Source: an uncultured Armatimonadetes bacterium (lineage in GTDB: Bacteria > Armatimonadota > Hebobacteria > Hebobacterales > Hebobacteraceae). From it: DNA of 64,000 nucleotides. Shown in pieces: positions 39,762 to 49,305 of the stretch (within the stretch, counting starts at the first letter, position 1; every line of letters begins with the position of its first letter). A program made the position numbers and the translations under genes. The stretch is from positions 2,304,001-2,368,000 of the forward strand of contig OY970296.1 in NCBI GenBank assembly GCA_963716175.1. Direction: 5' to 3'. The notes below the pieces were generated by a model. That model was not told where the DNA came from. It saw only the letters and a program-made list of their open reading frames with translations, and searched no databases.

Positions 39762-40073
39762 CTAGCGTTCCTTCGATCTCGTGGGATCATAGCCAACGGG
39801 CTGCTTTCGCAGCTCCCGCGCCCACAAGCGCACCTGCTCGAGCACGGGCTTTAGGCGCTCCGGGTCACCTCTCTCACCCGACAGCATGTACCCCAGCATC
39901 AGCACGTTCGCCTGCACGCCGGTAGGGCACCAATCGTCCTTGGGGTCGAAGCTGCGCATGCCCGGAGGCGGCAGGTCGGACTTGCGGTACCGGCACCACC
40001 GCTTCATCTCCAATCCCAGGCCGGCGCAGACGCGGTAGCAGGGGCACTCGATGACCTCGTCCACAGCTCTCAT
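39762..40073 (-). CDS. Cys-rich hypothetical protein between acr3 and arsM
   Basis: ATGA overlap with acr3 stop; GGAG RBS; CPCYRVC..WC..WCP. Confidence 0.7.
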   Translation of the reverse strand: MRAVDEVIECPCYRVCAGLGLEMKRWCRYRKSDLPPPGMRSFDPKDDWCPTGVQANVLMLGYMLSGERGDPERLKPVLEQVRLWARELRKQPVGYDPTRSKER

Positions 40074-41144
40074 GGCGTGGCTCCTGCCAGGGCCGGTTCC
40101 TCTCGCGCGAAGTACCGGCGCCGGAAGTAGAGTGACAGGTTCACCAGACTGATCAGCACCGGCACCTCGACCAGCGGGCCGATGACGGTGGCAAACGCCT
40201 GCGCCGAATGGATGCCAAAAACAGCGACCGCAACCGCGATCGGCGAGTTCGAAGTCGTTGCTGGCCCCCGTGAAGGCCAGCGTCGCGGTCTGAGGGTAGC
40301 TTGCTCCGATGCGCTTCGCCAGGAAGAACGTGGCCAGCCACATGAGCGGGAAGTAGGCCAGTAGAGGTAAGGCAACCCGCAGCACGTCCAGGGGCAGCCG
40401 CACGATATAGCCGCCCTTGAGCGAGAACATCACCACGATGGTGAAGAGCAGCGCCACCAGCGTGATCGGGCTGATGCGCGGGATGAACTGTTGCTCGTAC
40501 CACTCCTTGCCCCTGGCTTTGAGCAAGCTGAAGCGTGTGATCAGCCCGGCCAGGAATGGGATGCCCAGGTAGACGAAGACGCTCCGCGCGATCTCTCCCA
40601 TGGAAACCTTCACCACCGCTCCTCTCAAGCCGAGAAACGGCGGCAGGACGGTGATGAAGAGGTACGCATAGACCGAGTAGGTGAGAACCTGGAAGAGCGC
40701 GTTGAAGGCGACCAGGCCGGCGACGTAGTCGGTGTCACCTCTCGCCAGGTCGTTCCAGACCAGCACCATGGCGATGCACCGCGCCAGACCGACCAGGATC
40801 ACACCCACCATGTAGCCAGGCATGTCGCGGAGCAGCAGGATGGCCAGCACGAACATCACGATCGGCCCGATGATCCAGTTCATCACCAAGGCCAGCAGCA
40901 GGAGGCGGCGGTTGGCGAAGACCTTTCCCAGTTCCTCATAGCGGACCTTGGCCAGCGGCGGGTACATCATGAGGATAAGCCCGACGGCAATGGGAATGGA
41001 GGTGGTCCCTACCTGGAGGTGAGTGATGAACCGCACCACTCCGGGCACTGCATAACCCAGCAGCACGCCGAAGGCCATCCCGAGGAAGATCCACAGCGTC
41101 AGGTACCTATCCAGGAAAGACAGCCGCGGCATCGCTCTAGCCAC
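40070..41144 (-). CDS. acr3: ACR3 family arsenite efflux transporter (frameshift ~40240)
   Basis: [36 protein letters not shown]; [11 protein letters not shown] in the next frame. Confidence 0.92.
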
Positions 41145-41547
41145 GTCCCCCGCCCTTCGCCGCGGCCAGCTGTCTGCCCACCACCGCGGCCCCCACCTCG
41201 CACAGTTCCTCCACCGGCATCCGGCGGATGCGCGCCACTCTCTCCGTATCCGAGCGGATCGTCGCGTCCCGTCTGAGCCAGCCTCGCATCAGCGACAGCA
41301 GGGGCAGTGCGTAGTCATTGTCGCGGGACTCGGACAGCCGAAAATGCACCCACTTGCCGGCCTTTCGTTCTTCTACCAGCCCCGCCGCGCGCAGCAGCGA
41401 GAGGTGCTTCGAGACTGTCGAGGCAGAAAGCCCGAGCACGGCCACGATCTGGCAGACGCATAGCTCTCCGCCCTCGAGCATCTTCAGAATGCGGGCCCGG
41501 TTGGCGTCAGCGGCGGCCTTGAGCACCGCCTGGTATTCTCGCAGCAT
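41137..41547 (-). CDS. arsR: ArsR/SmtB family repressor
   Basis: ELCVCQI metal box, [13 protein letters not shown]; GAGGTGA RBS. Confidence 0.92.
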   Translation of the reverse strand: MLREYQAVLKAAADANRARILKMLEGGELCVCQIVAVLGLSASTVSKHLSLLRAAGLVEERKAGKWVHFRLSESRDNDYALPLLSLMRGWLRRDATIRSDTERVARIRRMPVEELCEVGAAVVGRQLAAAKGGGRG

Positions 41548-41559
41548 ACCGTCACCTCG

Positions 41560-41608
41560 ACATTTCGACAACTGACGAATTATCGCGCACTCCGGCAGCT
41601 CCTGTCAA
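41560..41608 (-). promoter_or_regulatory. ars promoter with probable ArsR operator
   Basis: TTGACA-18 bp-GATAAT overlapped by imperfect palindrome AATTCG-N8-CGAAAT. Confidence 0.65.
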
Positions 41609-41948
41609 CCCCTCCCTGGACAGAATTGGGGGTGGTCTCGCCGGCGACGGGCGGAGCCGCCCCGTGGGGGACGGCCCTTGGTGGCTGCTTCGGAGTCAGG
41701 CTGGTGTGCCAGAGAAGCGGTGGATGCCGACCAGACCCATCCTGGGCCCAGACAGCCCGCGGCAGCTAACGGCTACTGCCCCACGCCAGCGTGCGTCGGG
41801 AGCCGCCTGCCCCGAGATCGCCAGGAGCAGGGGCTCTGCCTGGATCACACACATGGGCACGAGGTGGGCCAGGTCCACATGTTCGAGAGTGAAGAGAGAG
41901 GGAGAAGACGGTGCTGGAGGCGAGGGAGACGATACTCACCGAGGACTA

Positions 41949-42023
41949 TGGTGGAGCTGGCGGGATTCGAACCCGCGACCTCTTCCATGCCAAGGAAACG
42001 CGCTCCCACTGCGCCACAGCCCC
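41949..42023 (-). tRNA. tRNA-Ala(GGC)
   Basis: GGGGCTG...CAGCTCCACCA, anticodon loop TTGGCAT. Confidence 0.96.
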
Positions 42024-42040
42024 ACTGCAGTCGCGTTGCG

Positions 42041-42069
42041 ATTATACTATCGCCCTCAACCGACGTCAA
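42041..42069 (-). promoter_or_regulatory. tRNA promoter
   Basis: TTGACG-17 bp-TATAAT. Confidence 0.8.
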
Positions 42070-42291
42070 CACCGGCTGGCGGGCCAGGGCACGCCCGCCC
42101 TGCGGCTGCCGCAACCGACATGCGCGTGACCTCTCCCGGACTTCCCAGGCACAGCCTGTGGGGCGGCCGGAGCAGGCACTGCCGTTCCCTTCGTGCTATA
42201 ATGAACCAGGTGGGCTGATGGCAAGGCCGAGGATAAGCAGCTAACCGGAGCATGCAGAGCGGTGGGGGCTGATGAGAGAAGAGAGGGCCGG

Positions 42292-43029
42292 ATGCGGAGC
42301 GGCCTCCTGGCGGCGCTAGGCGCGCTGTTGATCCTGGCCGGACAGGCCTGGGCTGGCGGGGCGCGGCCGGCGGCCAGGCCTTACGATCTGCTGGTGATGG
42401 TGGTAGCGCGGGGTGGGGGGCCGACCAGGGTGGCGCTGAGCTACCCGGCCGCGGTTGACCACGGCCGGCTGCGGGCCGGCATCGCCGAGCTCGGCAGACG
42501 AGCGAAAGCCAAGCCCTCGCAGATGGAGATCCGGGATGCCCGGCTAGCGAAGCCGGCGCCGGGAACCGGCACCGACGCCGGGCTCCTGGCGGCTGGCCTG
42601 GTGGGCAAGAGCGGGCAGTTGCCGGTGGGCCCGATCATGCGCTCCTTGCCCGACTGGGAGCACATGCGGCTGGTTTTCGTGCTGGACCCGAGCTACCCGT
42701 TCTCGGGCCCCAGGGATGTGCAGGCGGACGGATTCGCGGTGCGATTGGTCAACCAAGTAGCAACCTATGAATACGATGTGGAAAGAACCAGCGGGAAGGT
42801 GGCGCCAGCGGGGCCTGTTGAACTGGAGCAGCCGCTCAGCGCCACTGGCATGGCAGCGCCAGCGCGTCGCGGGTCCGGGGCTGGCTCGGCGGCAGGGGCC
42901 CGGGGCCAGGCGATGCTGTCGGCCGCGCTCATCGGCATGCCGAGTGGGCTGCTGGTCGGCTGGCTGCTGTCCGGCTGGCGCGAGCGGGCGGCGCGGGCGC
43001 GACGGCTGCGCAGGGCGGAAAGGCGCTAG
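42292..43029 (+). CDS. Hypothetical exported protein with C-terminal membrane anchor
   Basis: Signal peptide ending AWA; C-terminal hydrophobic helix plus Arg-rich tail; TGCTATAAT at 42194-42202. Confidence 0.7.
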   Translation: MRSGLLAALGALLILAGQAWAGGARPAARPYDLLVMVVARGGGPTRVALSYPAAVDHGRLRAGIAELGRRAKAKPSQMEIRDARLAKPAPGTGTDAGLLAAGLVGKSGQLPVGPIMRSLPDWEHMRLVFVLDPSYPFSGPRDVQADGFAVRLVNQVATYEYDVERTSGKVAPAGPVELEQPLSATGMAAPARRGSGAGSAAGARGQAMLSAALIGMPSGLLVGWLLSGWRERAARARRLRRAERR

Positions 43030-43115
43030 CGCGGGGGCTCGGCCTGGTCGAGGTCCCGATGTCAGCACAAGTGGGGCGGCCGGGGCGTTATAGGAAGGGC
43101 GAACGAGGGCAGATC

Positions 43116-44181
43116 ATGGAACTGGAACAGCTTTGCCGGTTCGCGGTTGACAGCCAAGCATCGGACTTGTTCATCAAGGCAAATTCGCCCCCGAGTCTGC
43201 GGGTGCACGGCCGCATCGTGCCCACCGACTTGCCGGCGCTCACGCCGGAGGAGACGGAGCGCCTGGCCACCTCGATCACGAGCGACGAGCAGGCGCAGGC
43301 CTTCAAGAGCTATCACGAGCTGGACCTGGCCTTCACCATCCCGGAGGTGGCTCGGTTCCGCTGCAACATCTACACGCAGCGGGGCAGCTACTCCATGGTG
43401 CTGCGCATTGTGCCCCTGGAGATCAAGTCCATCGAGGACTTAGGGCTGCCGAAGGCGCTGGACGATATGGCGAAGCCCAAGCAGGGCCTGGTGCTGGTGA
43501 CCGGGCCCACGGGCTGCGGCAAGTCCACCACGCTGGCGGCGATGCTGGATCTGATCAACCGGACTCGGCACTGCAATATCGTGACCATCGAGGACCCGAT
43601 CGAGTTCGTGCACGAGGACCGGCTGGCGATTGTCAGCCAGCGGGAGGTGGGGATAGACACGGAATCCTTCTACGACGCCATGAAGTACGTGGTGCGAGAG
43701 AGCCCGGATGTGATCCTGATCGGAGAGATGCGAGACGCGGAGACGATGCGGGTGGCGTTGAGCCGCGTCAGAGACCGGACATCTGGTCTTCTCCACGGTG
43801 CACACCACCAGCGCGGCGGACACGGTGGAACGCATCGTGAGCATCTTCCCGCCTCACGAGAAGAACCAGATCTGCTTGCGGCTCTCCACCAGCCTGCTGG
43901 GGATCGTATCCCAGAAGCTGGTGCCGCGGGCCGACGGCACCGGGCGGGTGCCGGCGGTGGAGCTGATGATCAACACCCCGACGGTGGCGAAGCTGATCGA
44001 AGAGGGGCGGGCCTCACAGATCTATGCCGCCATGAACGAAGGTGGGTATTGGGGGATGCAGACCATGAACCAGTCCCTCTTGAAGTACTGGCGGGCAGGG
44101 GTAGTCTCCGAGGAGGATGCCCTGGTCTATGCCGGCAACCTCACGGAGTTGAAGCAGATGCTGCGGCGGGGGGCGGCCTAG
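43116..44181 (+). CDS. PilT/PilU family retraction ATPase 1 (frameshift ~43760)
   Basis: ASDLFI, GPTGCGKST, TIEDPIE, GEMRD; ETGHLVFSTVH in the next frame; TVAKLIEE. Confidence 0.9.
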
Positions 44182-44268
44182 GGTTAGGGCCTGATCGCAG
44201 TCGCCCGTGGTCTGGGCAAAGCACCACTCGGTCCCTGGGCGGCCTTCGCCGAGGCGAAGGGAGGGACC

Positions 44269-45333
44269 ATGGAGCTCGATACTTTGCTGGCTCTGCTGGT
44301 CCAGGTGAAGGGCTCGGACCTGCACCTGTGCGCCGGCAACCCCCCGACGATGCGGGTGGAGCGCATCATCCGCCGCACCCGGTTTTCGGAACTGACCGGG
44401 CGGGAGATCGCGGAGATGCTGCTGACAGTGGCGGGGCAGGAGCGCTGGGAACGGTTCCAGGAAGAGCTCGAGCTGGATGTGGCCTACGTGGTGCCCGGGG
44501 TGGCCCGCTTTCGGGTCAACATGTACCGCGAGATGAACCAACCGGCGGCCTGCTTCCATCGCATCCCCTCTCAGGTCCAGTCCATCGATGAGCTGGGCCT
44601 GCCACGCGTGCTGAAGCAGATCGCGATGCTGCCTCGCGGCATGGTGCTGGTCACGGGACCCACCGGATCGGGCAAGTCCACCACGCTGGCGGCCGCGGTT
44701 GACCACATCAATGAGAATCGCCCGGCCCACATCATCACCATCGAGGACCCGGTCGAGTTCCTCCACCGGCCCAAGCTGGCCTCCATCACCCAGCGCGAGG
44801 TGGGGATGGACACACACTCCTTCGCGGAGGCGCTCCGGCACGTGATGCGCCAGAACCCGGATGTGATCCTGGTGGGGGAGCTGCGGGACCTGGAGACGAT
44901 TCAGCTCGCGATCACCGCGGGTGAGACCGGCCACTTGGTCTTCGGCACCCTGCACACACTGGACGCGGCGCAGACCGTTGACCGCATGGTGGACGTGTTC
45001 GAGCCGGAGCGCCAAGAGCAGGTGCGCGCCCAGCTGGCCACCACCCTGCAGGCAGTGATCTGCCAGGACCTGCTTCGCCGGGCCGATGGCAAAGGGCTGA
45101 TCCCGGCCTTCGAGATCATGGTGGCCACGCCGGGAATCCGGAACCTGATCCGGGAGCGGAAGACACACCAGATCTACAGCTTGATCCAGGCCGGCGGGGA
45201 GCTGGGGATGCACACCTTCGACCAGCACCTGGTGAGCCTCTATCAGGAGGGCAAGATCACGGCCCAGGCCGCCATCGCGAAGGCGAACAACCCGGAGGAG
45301 TTCCGCCTGCGGGCCGGGATTGGGCGGAATTAG
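44269..45333 (+). CDS. pilT: PilT family retraction ATPase 2
   Basis: GSDLHL, GPTGSGKST, ETGHLVFGTLH, GIRNLIRE. Confidence 0.93.
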   Translation: MELDTLLALLVQVKGSDLHLCAGNPPTMRVERIIRRTRFSELTGREIAEMLLTVAGQERWERFQEELELDVAYVVPGVARFRVNMYREMNQPAACFHRIPSQVQSIDELGLPRVLKQIAMLPRGMVLVTGPTGSGKSTTLAAAVDHINENRPAHIITIEDPVEFLHRPKLASITQREVGMDTHSFAEALRHVMRQNPDVILVGELRDLETIQLAITAGETGHLVFGTLHTLDAAQTVDRMVDVFEPERQEQVRAQLATTLQAVICQDLLRRADGKGLIPAFEIMVATPGIRNLIRERKTHQIYSLIQAGGELGMHTFDQHLVSLYQEGKITAQAAIAKANNPEEFRLRAGIGRN

Positions 45334-45522
45334 CGGAAGGCGCGGCCAAAGACTGGTAGAATGACAATAGTGCTGCAGGCTGGAACTGGCGCGGCCCGAG
45401 AGTCCCTAGCAGAGCCCGCGGCGGGCGGTTCAAAGCCGGCGCCGGAGCGATAGGAACCACCGTGCTGGGTTTCGCCAGAGCTGGCGAGGGAGCTATATCG
45501 AGCTAACAGGAGTGTAGACCGG

Positions 45523-46641
45523 ATGCCAGATCGCTATCCCATTCCATTGGATGATTTGCTCAGGCTGCTGGTGCGACACGAGGGGTCAGACCTACACATC
45601 CGCGCCTCCGAGCCGCCCATTTTCCGCATCCACGGCGATCTGCGGCGAACCAACTTTCCGCCCTTTCAGCCGGACCAGATCAAGACTTTGATGTACGGCG
45701 TGATGGGCCCGGAGCGCATCGCGCGCTACGAGCGGGACCTGGAGTGCGACTTGGCCTATCCCATCAAGAACCTGGCGCGCTTCCGGGTGAATGTGTTCAA
45801 GCAGCAAGACGCGGTGGGGGCGGTGATGCGACTTATCCCCATCCGCGTGCAGACGCTCGACGAGCTGGGGCTGCCCCGGGTGCTGAAGGACGTGGCCATG
45901 CTCCCCCGGGGTCTGGTGCTGGTGACGGGGCCCACCGGGTCCGGCAAGTCCACTACCCTGGCGGCGATGATCAACCACATCAACGAGAACAGGCCGGTCC
46001 ACATCATCACCATCGAAGACCCCATCGAGTTCATGCACATGGACAAGGTGGCGGCGGTGAACCAGCGGGAAGTGGAGATGGACACGCACAGCTTCGCCGA
46101 GGGGCTGAGGCACGTGATGCGGCAGAACCCGGACATTATCCTCGTGGGTGAGATGCGTGACAACGAGACTATGCAGTTGGCGATCACGGCCGCGGAGACC
46201 GGCCACTTGGTCTTCTCCACGGTGCACACCACGGACGCGGCCCAGACCATTGACCGGATCGTGGACGTGTTCGAGCCCGAGCGGCAGGAGCAGATCCGGA
46301 TGCAGTTGGCGGTGACGATGCAGGCGGTGATCTCGATGACCTTGCTGCCCAGGTCGGACCGGCCGGGGCGAGTGGCCGCATTCGAGATCATGATCGCGAC
46401 GCCCGCCATCCGCAACATGATCCGGGAGCGCAAGACCCACCAGATCCCCGGTGGCATCCAGACCGGGGCGGAGCTGGGGATGCAGACCCTGGATAACCAC
46501 CTGCTGCAGCTGTTCCGCGATGGGATTGTGACCTACGAGATGGCGCTCTCGAAGTCATCGAACCCGAGCGAATTCGCAGCCCGGGCCGGAGTAGGGGACA
46601 GGGCGGAGGCCTTGATGGCGGCCGCCCCAGGAGAAGTCTGA
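45523..46641 (+). CDS. pilT: PilT family retraction ATPase 3
   Basis: GSDLHI, GPTGSGKST, AAETGH, AIRNMIRE. Confidence 0.93.
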   Translation: MPDRYPIPLDDLLRLLVRHEGSDLHIRASEPPIFRIHGDLRRTNFPPFQPDQIKTLMYGVMGPERIARYERDLECDLAYPIKNLARFRVNVFKQQDAVGAVMRLIPIRVQTLDELGLPRVLKDVAMLPRGLVLVTGPTGSGKSTTLAAMINHINENRPVHIITIEDPIEFMHMDKVAAVNQREVEMDTHSFAEGLRHVMRQNPDIILVGEMRDNETMQLAITAAETGHLVFSTVHTTDAAQTIDRIVDVFEPERQEQIRMQLAVTMQAVISMTLLPRSDRPGRVAAFEIMIATPAIRNMIRERKTHQIPGGIQTGAELGMQTLDNHLLQLFRDGIVTYEMALSKSSNPSEFAARAGVGDRAEALMAAAPGEV

Positions 46642-46654
46642 GAGGAGGCCGGCG

Positions 46655-47749
46655 ATGTCCACCAGCCAGCTTCATATCGACGATCTGCTGCGCACGGCGG
46701 TGGAGCGGGACGCCTCGGACATCCACATCAAGGCGGAGAGCCCGCCCCTGCTGCGTATCTACGGCGAGCTGATCCCCACGGATCTGCCGCCGCTCTCTCT
46801 GGAGGAGGCGAAACGGCTGTCGTTCGCCATTCTCTCGGAGAGCGAACGGGAGCTGTTCGAGCAGCAGTGGGAGCTGGACCTGGGCTACGATATCGAGGGG
46901 CTGGCGCGCTTCCGCGTCAACGTATTCGTTCAGCGGGGGATGGTGGGGTCGGTCTTCCGGATCATCCCGCTGATGATCCAGACCATTGACGAGCTGGGCC
47001 TGCCCGAAGTCTGCCGCTATTTCGCCGAGCGCCCCCGCGGCTTGGTGCTGGTGACGGGGCCCGCGGGCTGCGGCAAGTCTACCACCCAGGCCGCGATCAT
47101 TGACCACGTGAACAAGCAATTCCCGGTGCACGTGGTGACCGTAGAGGACCCGATTGAGTTCGTGCACGAGCCCAAGATGGCGCTGATCAACCAGCGCGAG
47201 CTGGGGCGAGACACGCGCAGCTTCGCCAACGCACTGAAGTACGTCTTGCGGCAGGACCCGGACGTGATCCTGGTGGGCGAGATGCGCGACCTGGAGACCG
47301 TCCAGCTCGCCATCCGGGCGGCGGAGACGGGGCACCTGGTGCTGGGCACTCTGCACACCACGGACGCGGTGCAGACCGTAGACCGGGCGATTGACATCTT
47401 CCCCACCCACCAGCAGCAGCAGATCCGGATGCAGCTATCGGTCAACCTGCTGGGCGTGATCTCGCAGATCCTGGTGCGCCGGGCGGACGGGCGAGGCCGG
47501 GTGGCGGCCTTCGAGACGCTAGTGGCGATCTCGGCGGTGCGCAACTCCGTCCGGGAGCGAAAGACTCACCAGATCGCGTCGGTGATCCAGACCGGGGCCC
47601 AGCATGGTATGATGAGCCTGGATCAGTCGCTCGCCTATCTGGCGCGCTCGGGGGTGATCACGTTCGAGGAGGGGGAGTCGAAGTCGAAGAACCGGGACGA
47701 GTACCGCCAACTGGTGGAGACCGGGGAGGCCGTCGCGGCGAGGGCATGA
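46655..47749 (+). CDS. pilT: PilT family retraction ATPase 4
   Basis: ASDIHI, GPAGCGKST, LRQDPD, AVRNSVRE. Confidence 0.93.
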   Translation: MSTSQLHIDDLLRTAVERDASDIHIKAESPPLLRIYGELIPTDLPPLSLEEAKRLSFAILSESERELFEQQWELDLGYDIEGLARFRVNVFVQRGMVGSVFRIIPLMIQTIDELGLPEVCRYFAERPRGLVLVTGPAGCGKSTTQAAIIDHVNKQFPVHVVTVEDPIEFVHEPKMALINQRELGRDTRSFANALKYVLRQDPDVILVGEMRDLETVQLAIRAAETGHLVLGTLHTTDAVQTVDRAIDIFPTHQQQQIRMQLSVNLLGVISQILVRRADGRGRVAAFETLVAISAVRNSVRERKTHQIASVIQTGAQHGMMSLDQSLAYLARSGVITFEEGESKSKNRDEYRQLVETGEAVAARA

Positions 47750-47777
47750 GCAGGTGCGGGATGCTGATCTGCAGGTG

Positions 47778-47809
47778 ACGCCACCGGGCGCAGCCCGATG
47801 GCGTTTTCT
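47778..47809 (+). terminator. Terminator after pilT array
   Basis: ACGCCACCGGGC-GCA-GCCCGATGGCGT followed by TTTCT. Confidence 0.7.
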
Positions 47810-47974
47810 GTGACAGGCCGGGATGACCCGGAGAGGGCCAAAAGAGGAAGGCCAGGGGTAGGAGAGAACGACAGAAGAGAGGCGCCCGAGGGCAGGGCCG
47901 GTGGGCCGTGGTCTTGGGCGCTCGCCCTGTTGGCGGGGGATGAAGGGAACCGGGAGTAGAGGAGGAGATCGCCG

Positions 47975-48304
47975 ATGGGTGCAGTGATAGAGGCCACCGA
48001 CGCCACGTTCGAGCAGGAAGTGCTGAAGTCGGAACTGCCGGTGCTGGTTGATTTCTGGGCGCCGGGGTGCCCGCCGTGCGCGGCACTGGCACCGATCCTG
48101 GAGAAGGTCGCCACCGAGATGAGCAGTCAGGCCAAGTTCGTCAAGGTGAACGCGTCGCAGGAGCGTGCGACCGCCGCCAAGTACCGGGTTCAGGCGGTGC
48201 CCACGCTGTTCATCTTCAAGGGGGGCGAGGTGGCGGACAGTGCGGTGGGCTTCCAGCCTGACCAGGAGATTCGCCGGCGGCTGAATGCGGTTGCCGCAAA
48301 GTAA
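47975..48304 (+). CDS. trxA: Thioredoxin
   Basis: PVLVDFWAPGCPPC, AVPTL; GGAGG RBS. Confidence 0.9.
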   Translation: MGAVIEATDATFEQEVLKSELPVLVDFWAPGCPPCAALAPILEKVATEMSSQAKFVKVNASQERATAAKYRVQAVPTLFIFKGGEVADSAVGFQPDQEIRRRLNAVAAK

Positions 48305-48345
48305 GGACCGGAGCCGGCCGCGGAGGCAGAAGAGGGGACCTGCTA

Positions 48346-49305
48346 TTGGGCATGGATCGTTCGCCTGGGCGAGACGGCGTGTGGGATCTGGTGATCCTGG
48401 GCGGAGGGCCGGCCGGGCTCTCCTGCGCGATTTACGCGTGCCGAGGTCGCTTCCGGACCCTGGTGCTGGAGCGGATGATGCCCGGGGGGCAGGTGGTCCT
48501 GAACGACCTCATCGAGAACTACCCGGGCTTCCCCGAAGGCTTGCGTGGGTTTGAGCTGGCCGACCGCATGACCCGCCAGGCGCAGCGGTTCGGCGCTCAG
48601 TTCGAGAGCGCAGAAGTGATTGGCATCGAGGTCTCGGCGCGTCCCTTTCGCGTGCTGCTGGCAGAGGGGGAGGCGCGTCTGGCACGCAGCCTGCTCGTCG
48701 CTACGGGGAGCCGACCGCGTCGCCTGGAGGTGCCCGGGGAGCAGGAGTTCGCGGCGCGAGGGGTCTCCTACTGCGCCACCTGCGATGGGCCGCTGTTCGC
48801 CGACAAGCACCTACTGGTGGTGGGAGGCGGGGACACGGCGGTGGAGGAGGCGCTCTTCCTGGCCAACCTGGCGAGCAAGGTGACCGTGGTGCACCGCCGC
48901 GATCAGCTTCGCGCCCAGCGCATTCTCCAGGAGCGGGCGATGGCGAGCCCGAAGATCGAGTTCGTGTGGAGCCACGTGGTCGCCGAGATCGTGGGCGACG
49001 ACGGGGTGCGGGCGGCACGGCTGCGGCAGGTGGAGAGTGGGGAGGAACGAGAGGTCCCGGTGGACGGGATCTTCATCGCGGTGGGATCCGCGCCACAGAC
49101 GGCCTTCCTGCCGCCGGAGGTGCGCCGGGATGAGGCCGGCCACATTCTCACCGACGCCCAGTTGATGACCTCGGTGCCAGGTATTTTCGCGGCGGGCGAT
49201 GTGCGGGCCGGCTCCTACCGGCAGATCGCCTTCTCGGTCGGAGATGGGGCGCTCGCTTACAGGGGAATCTTCCTCTATCTTGAGGAGTACGGCGGCTATG
49301 GGTAA
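48346..49305 (+). CDS. trxB: Thioredoxin reductase
   Basis: GGGPAG, ENYPGF, CATCDG, GGGDTA, AAGD. Confidence 0.93.
   Translation: MGMDRSPGRDGVWDLVILGGGPAGLSCAIYACRGRFRTLVLERMMPGGQVVLNDLIENYPGFPEGLRGFELADRMTRQAQRFGAQFESAEVIGIEVSARPFRVLLAEGEARLARSLLVATGSRPRRLEVPGEQEFAARGVSYCATCDGPLFADKHLLVVGGGDTAVEEALFLANLASKVTVVHRRDQLRAQRILQERAMASPKIEFVWSHVVAEIVGDDGVRAARLRQVESGEEREVPVDGIFIAVGSAPQTAFLPPEVRRDEAGHILTDAQLMTSVPGIFAAGDVRAGSYRQIAFSVGDGALAYRGIFLYLEEYGGYG

Noticed and set aside
39762-41144. Acr3 fused to a Cys-rich domain (460-aa ORF)
   Set aside because: Artefact of the frameshift near 40240; the true Acr3 ends at 40070 and the next gene has its own RBS and ATG.
47975-48304. Thioredoxin active site GCPPC instead of WCGPC
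   Set aside because: CPPC variants are common; no evidence of a new function.
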